64,000 bases of DNA from Octopus vulgaris. Taxonomy: Eukaryota. Numbering within the stretch: position 1 is the stretch's first letter; each line of letters starts with the position of its first letter. This document shows positions 62,533 through 64,000 of the stretch, one piece after another. The notes beneath the pieces were generated by a model. The model worked only from the letters and a program-made list of their open reading frames with translations, searched no databases and was not told where the DNA came from. The position numbers and the translations under genes are program-made. The stretch spans positions 90,830,001-90,894,000 of the forward strand of contig OX597819.1 of assembly GCA_951406725.2 (NCBI GenBank), read 5' to 3'.

Positions 62533-63067
62533 AGTTTCAGCCAGATTGGCCCAGGCCGTATCTAACTTAATAGCTCCACTTGGAAAGGACATTTAATGAT
62601 GCCTCATATTAATCATTCTTTAGGCATGACAGCCCATTCAAGTAAAGAGTTATTGTTGCCGAGATATATCCGGAGATAGGCGGTTTATCTGGAATTTGTT
62701 AGAGATATATGTCCAGGAACTGCTTAAATATTAAGGGATATTTTCCTTCTATTATGTGTCTTAGTATGATGTTAGTGGGAGTAGGTCCGGTTGAGGAGAA
62801 ATAGTTCTGTTTTAGTGTTGCAATGTGATGCGAAAATGATTTTTGTAGAGGATGGACAGCATAGAAACCAAGCCTCAGGTGAATTTTTACATGAATGCCG
62901 ACATCATTTGGGCAGTGCTGTTGGAATATTTTCCCTCTCCTATAAATGATATAGTGCTGTTGGAGATGTTGGAGGGAATAAAGACTGAGTTATTCAAGAC
63001 AGTCCCAACAAACAAGACCTGTCATGCTATCTATTTTCCTTGTGATTGATCACTGGATGATCTCTTT
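62533..63067 (-). mobile_element. CR1/L2-group LINE ORF2 C-terminus and 3' UTR
   Basis: IQ*SITRKI...LSLYSLQ...KIFQQHCPN...FKQFLDIYL*QIPDKP..SGY...NSLLEW. Confidence 0.8.
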
Positions 63068-63476
63068 TATCTTATATTTATCTTGTAAACAAATAATACA
63101 ATATTACAAGCATTTTATAAGCATTTTATAATGTTTCTTTCTTTTCTGGAAACTTGCTGCGTATTGGCAGCTGATGGCTCATGGACTGGCACCAGTCCAT
63201 GGACCACTACTTTGAGTAGCACTGATTTAGATGACAGTTTATTCCTTGCACCCTCTCTTTCTCTCTCTCTCTCTTTTTCTCTCTCTCTCTCTTTCTCTCT
63301 CTCTCTCCCTATATATGTATATATAATTGTTAAAGAAGACAACAAACACTAAGGAAAGACAAACATCTCGAGTCATATATGCTATTATTATTGGAATTCC
63401 AATAACAATAACATGTAAATGTACAGACACACACAAGCACGAACACACATTTACATGTATATGTACACACACACAA

Positions 63477-63514
<38 letters not shown>

Positions 63515-63515
<1 letters not shown>

Positions 63516-64000
63516 TAAGAAAGTTTGTTTGGTAAAGCACGTGGGTGAATATATAAGAAAATAGTAAAGTGTGAAAAAACGACAGAAGGCTTAAATGTTA
63601 AAAAATATATATATTTGTGTCAAAATGTCTGGAGAATATTGGAAAAATTTTTTTCCTTTCCTTAAAATGACATAATTTTAAAATTTTTAAAGAAATTACC
63701 GGTTTCGCGTGTAGCTTTTCAAATTTCTTGTGACGTTATGTTTATATTGCATGGAATTATCGTTGTTTTTATTTCCAGGAGATTTCTAAATAAGGGGAGG
63801 TAGTGAGTGATTTTTTCCGGTGTAGGGGAGATAATCGCTTAAAAATTTTTTTCCCATTTCCTTGTTAATTTCTCTGTGTCAGTATGTTCGGATGGTTGAG
63901 TCTGGGTTTGTACTTTTCAATGAAGAATGTTTCCTTGTTCAGTCTCATTTGTGTTGATGATCCGAAAGCACATTGGTAAAATGGGAAGATTAAAAATTGT
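63515..64000 (-). mobile_element. Penelope-like (Neptune-like) element 3' end: GIY-YIG C-terminus (63865-63999) and terminal repeat with hammerhead
   Basis: Open QFLIFPFYQC...MRLNKETFFIEKYKPRLN...*; 3' end lies in (TA)n; continues beyond the window. Confidence 0.85.
63690..63729 (-). ncRNA. Minimal type I hammerhead, U3/A8 core variant
   Basis: aagaaat-TTGAAAA-gc tacac gc-GAAA-CCGG-TA-atttctt; perfect 7-bp stem I, palindromic stem III ACCGGT, GUA site. Confidence 0.75.

Overview
AT-rich eukaryotic non-genic (intergenic or intronic) DNA, dense in microsatellites and interspersed repeats. The SINE and LINE families look like those of octopus/coleoid cephalopods (inferred from remembered repeat sequences, not from a search). 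No host gene could be identified, and nearly all ORFs in the supplied track are microsatellite translations. Contents: (1) an uninterrupted ~498-codon RTE-clade reverse transcriptase on the minus strand at 1-1496, absent from the ORF track, with a C4HC3 PHD finger inserted inside the RT domain; (2) many other RTE and CR1/L2-group LINE fragments, including a degraded ORF1 with a Myb/SANT-like N-terminus and a CCCH finger; (3) at least four tRNA-derived SINE families; (4) DD37D (maT) and DD34D mariner derivatives, hAT and piggyBac-like MITEs, and non-autonomous Helitron-like elements; (5) a dense set of Penelope-like element (PLE) remnants carrying canonical and core-variant hammerhead ribozyme motifs, GIY-YIG C-termini and lopsided fold-back structures. 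All alignments, folds and coordinates were read by eye, so element boundaries are approximate.
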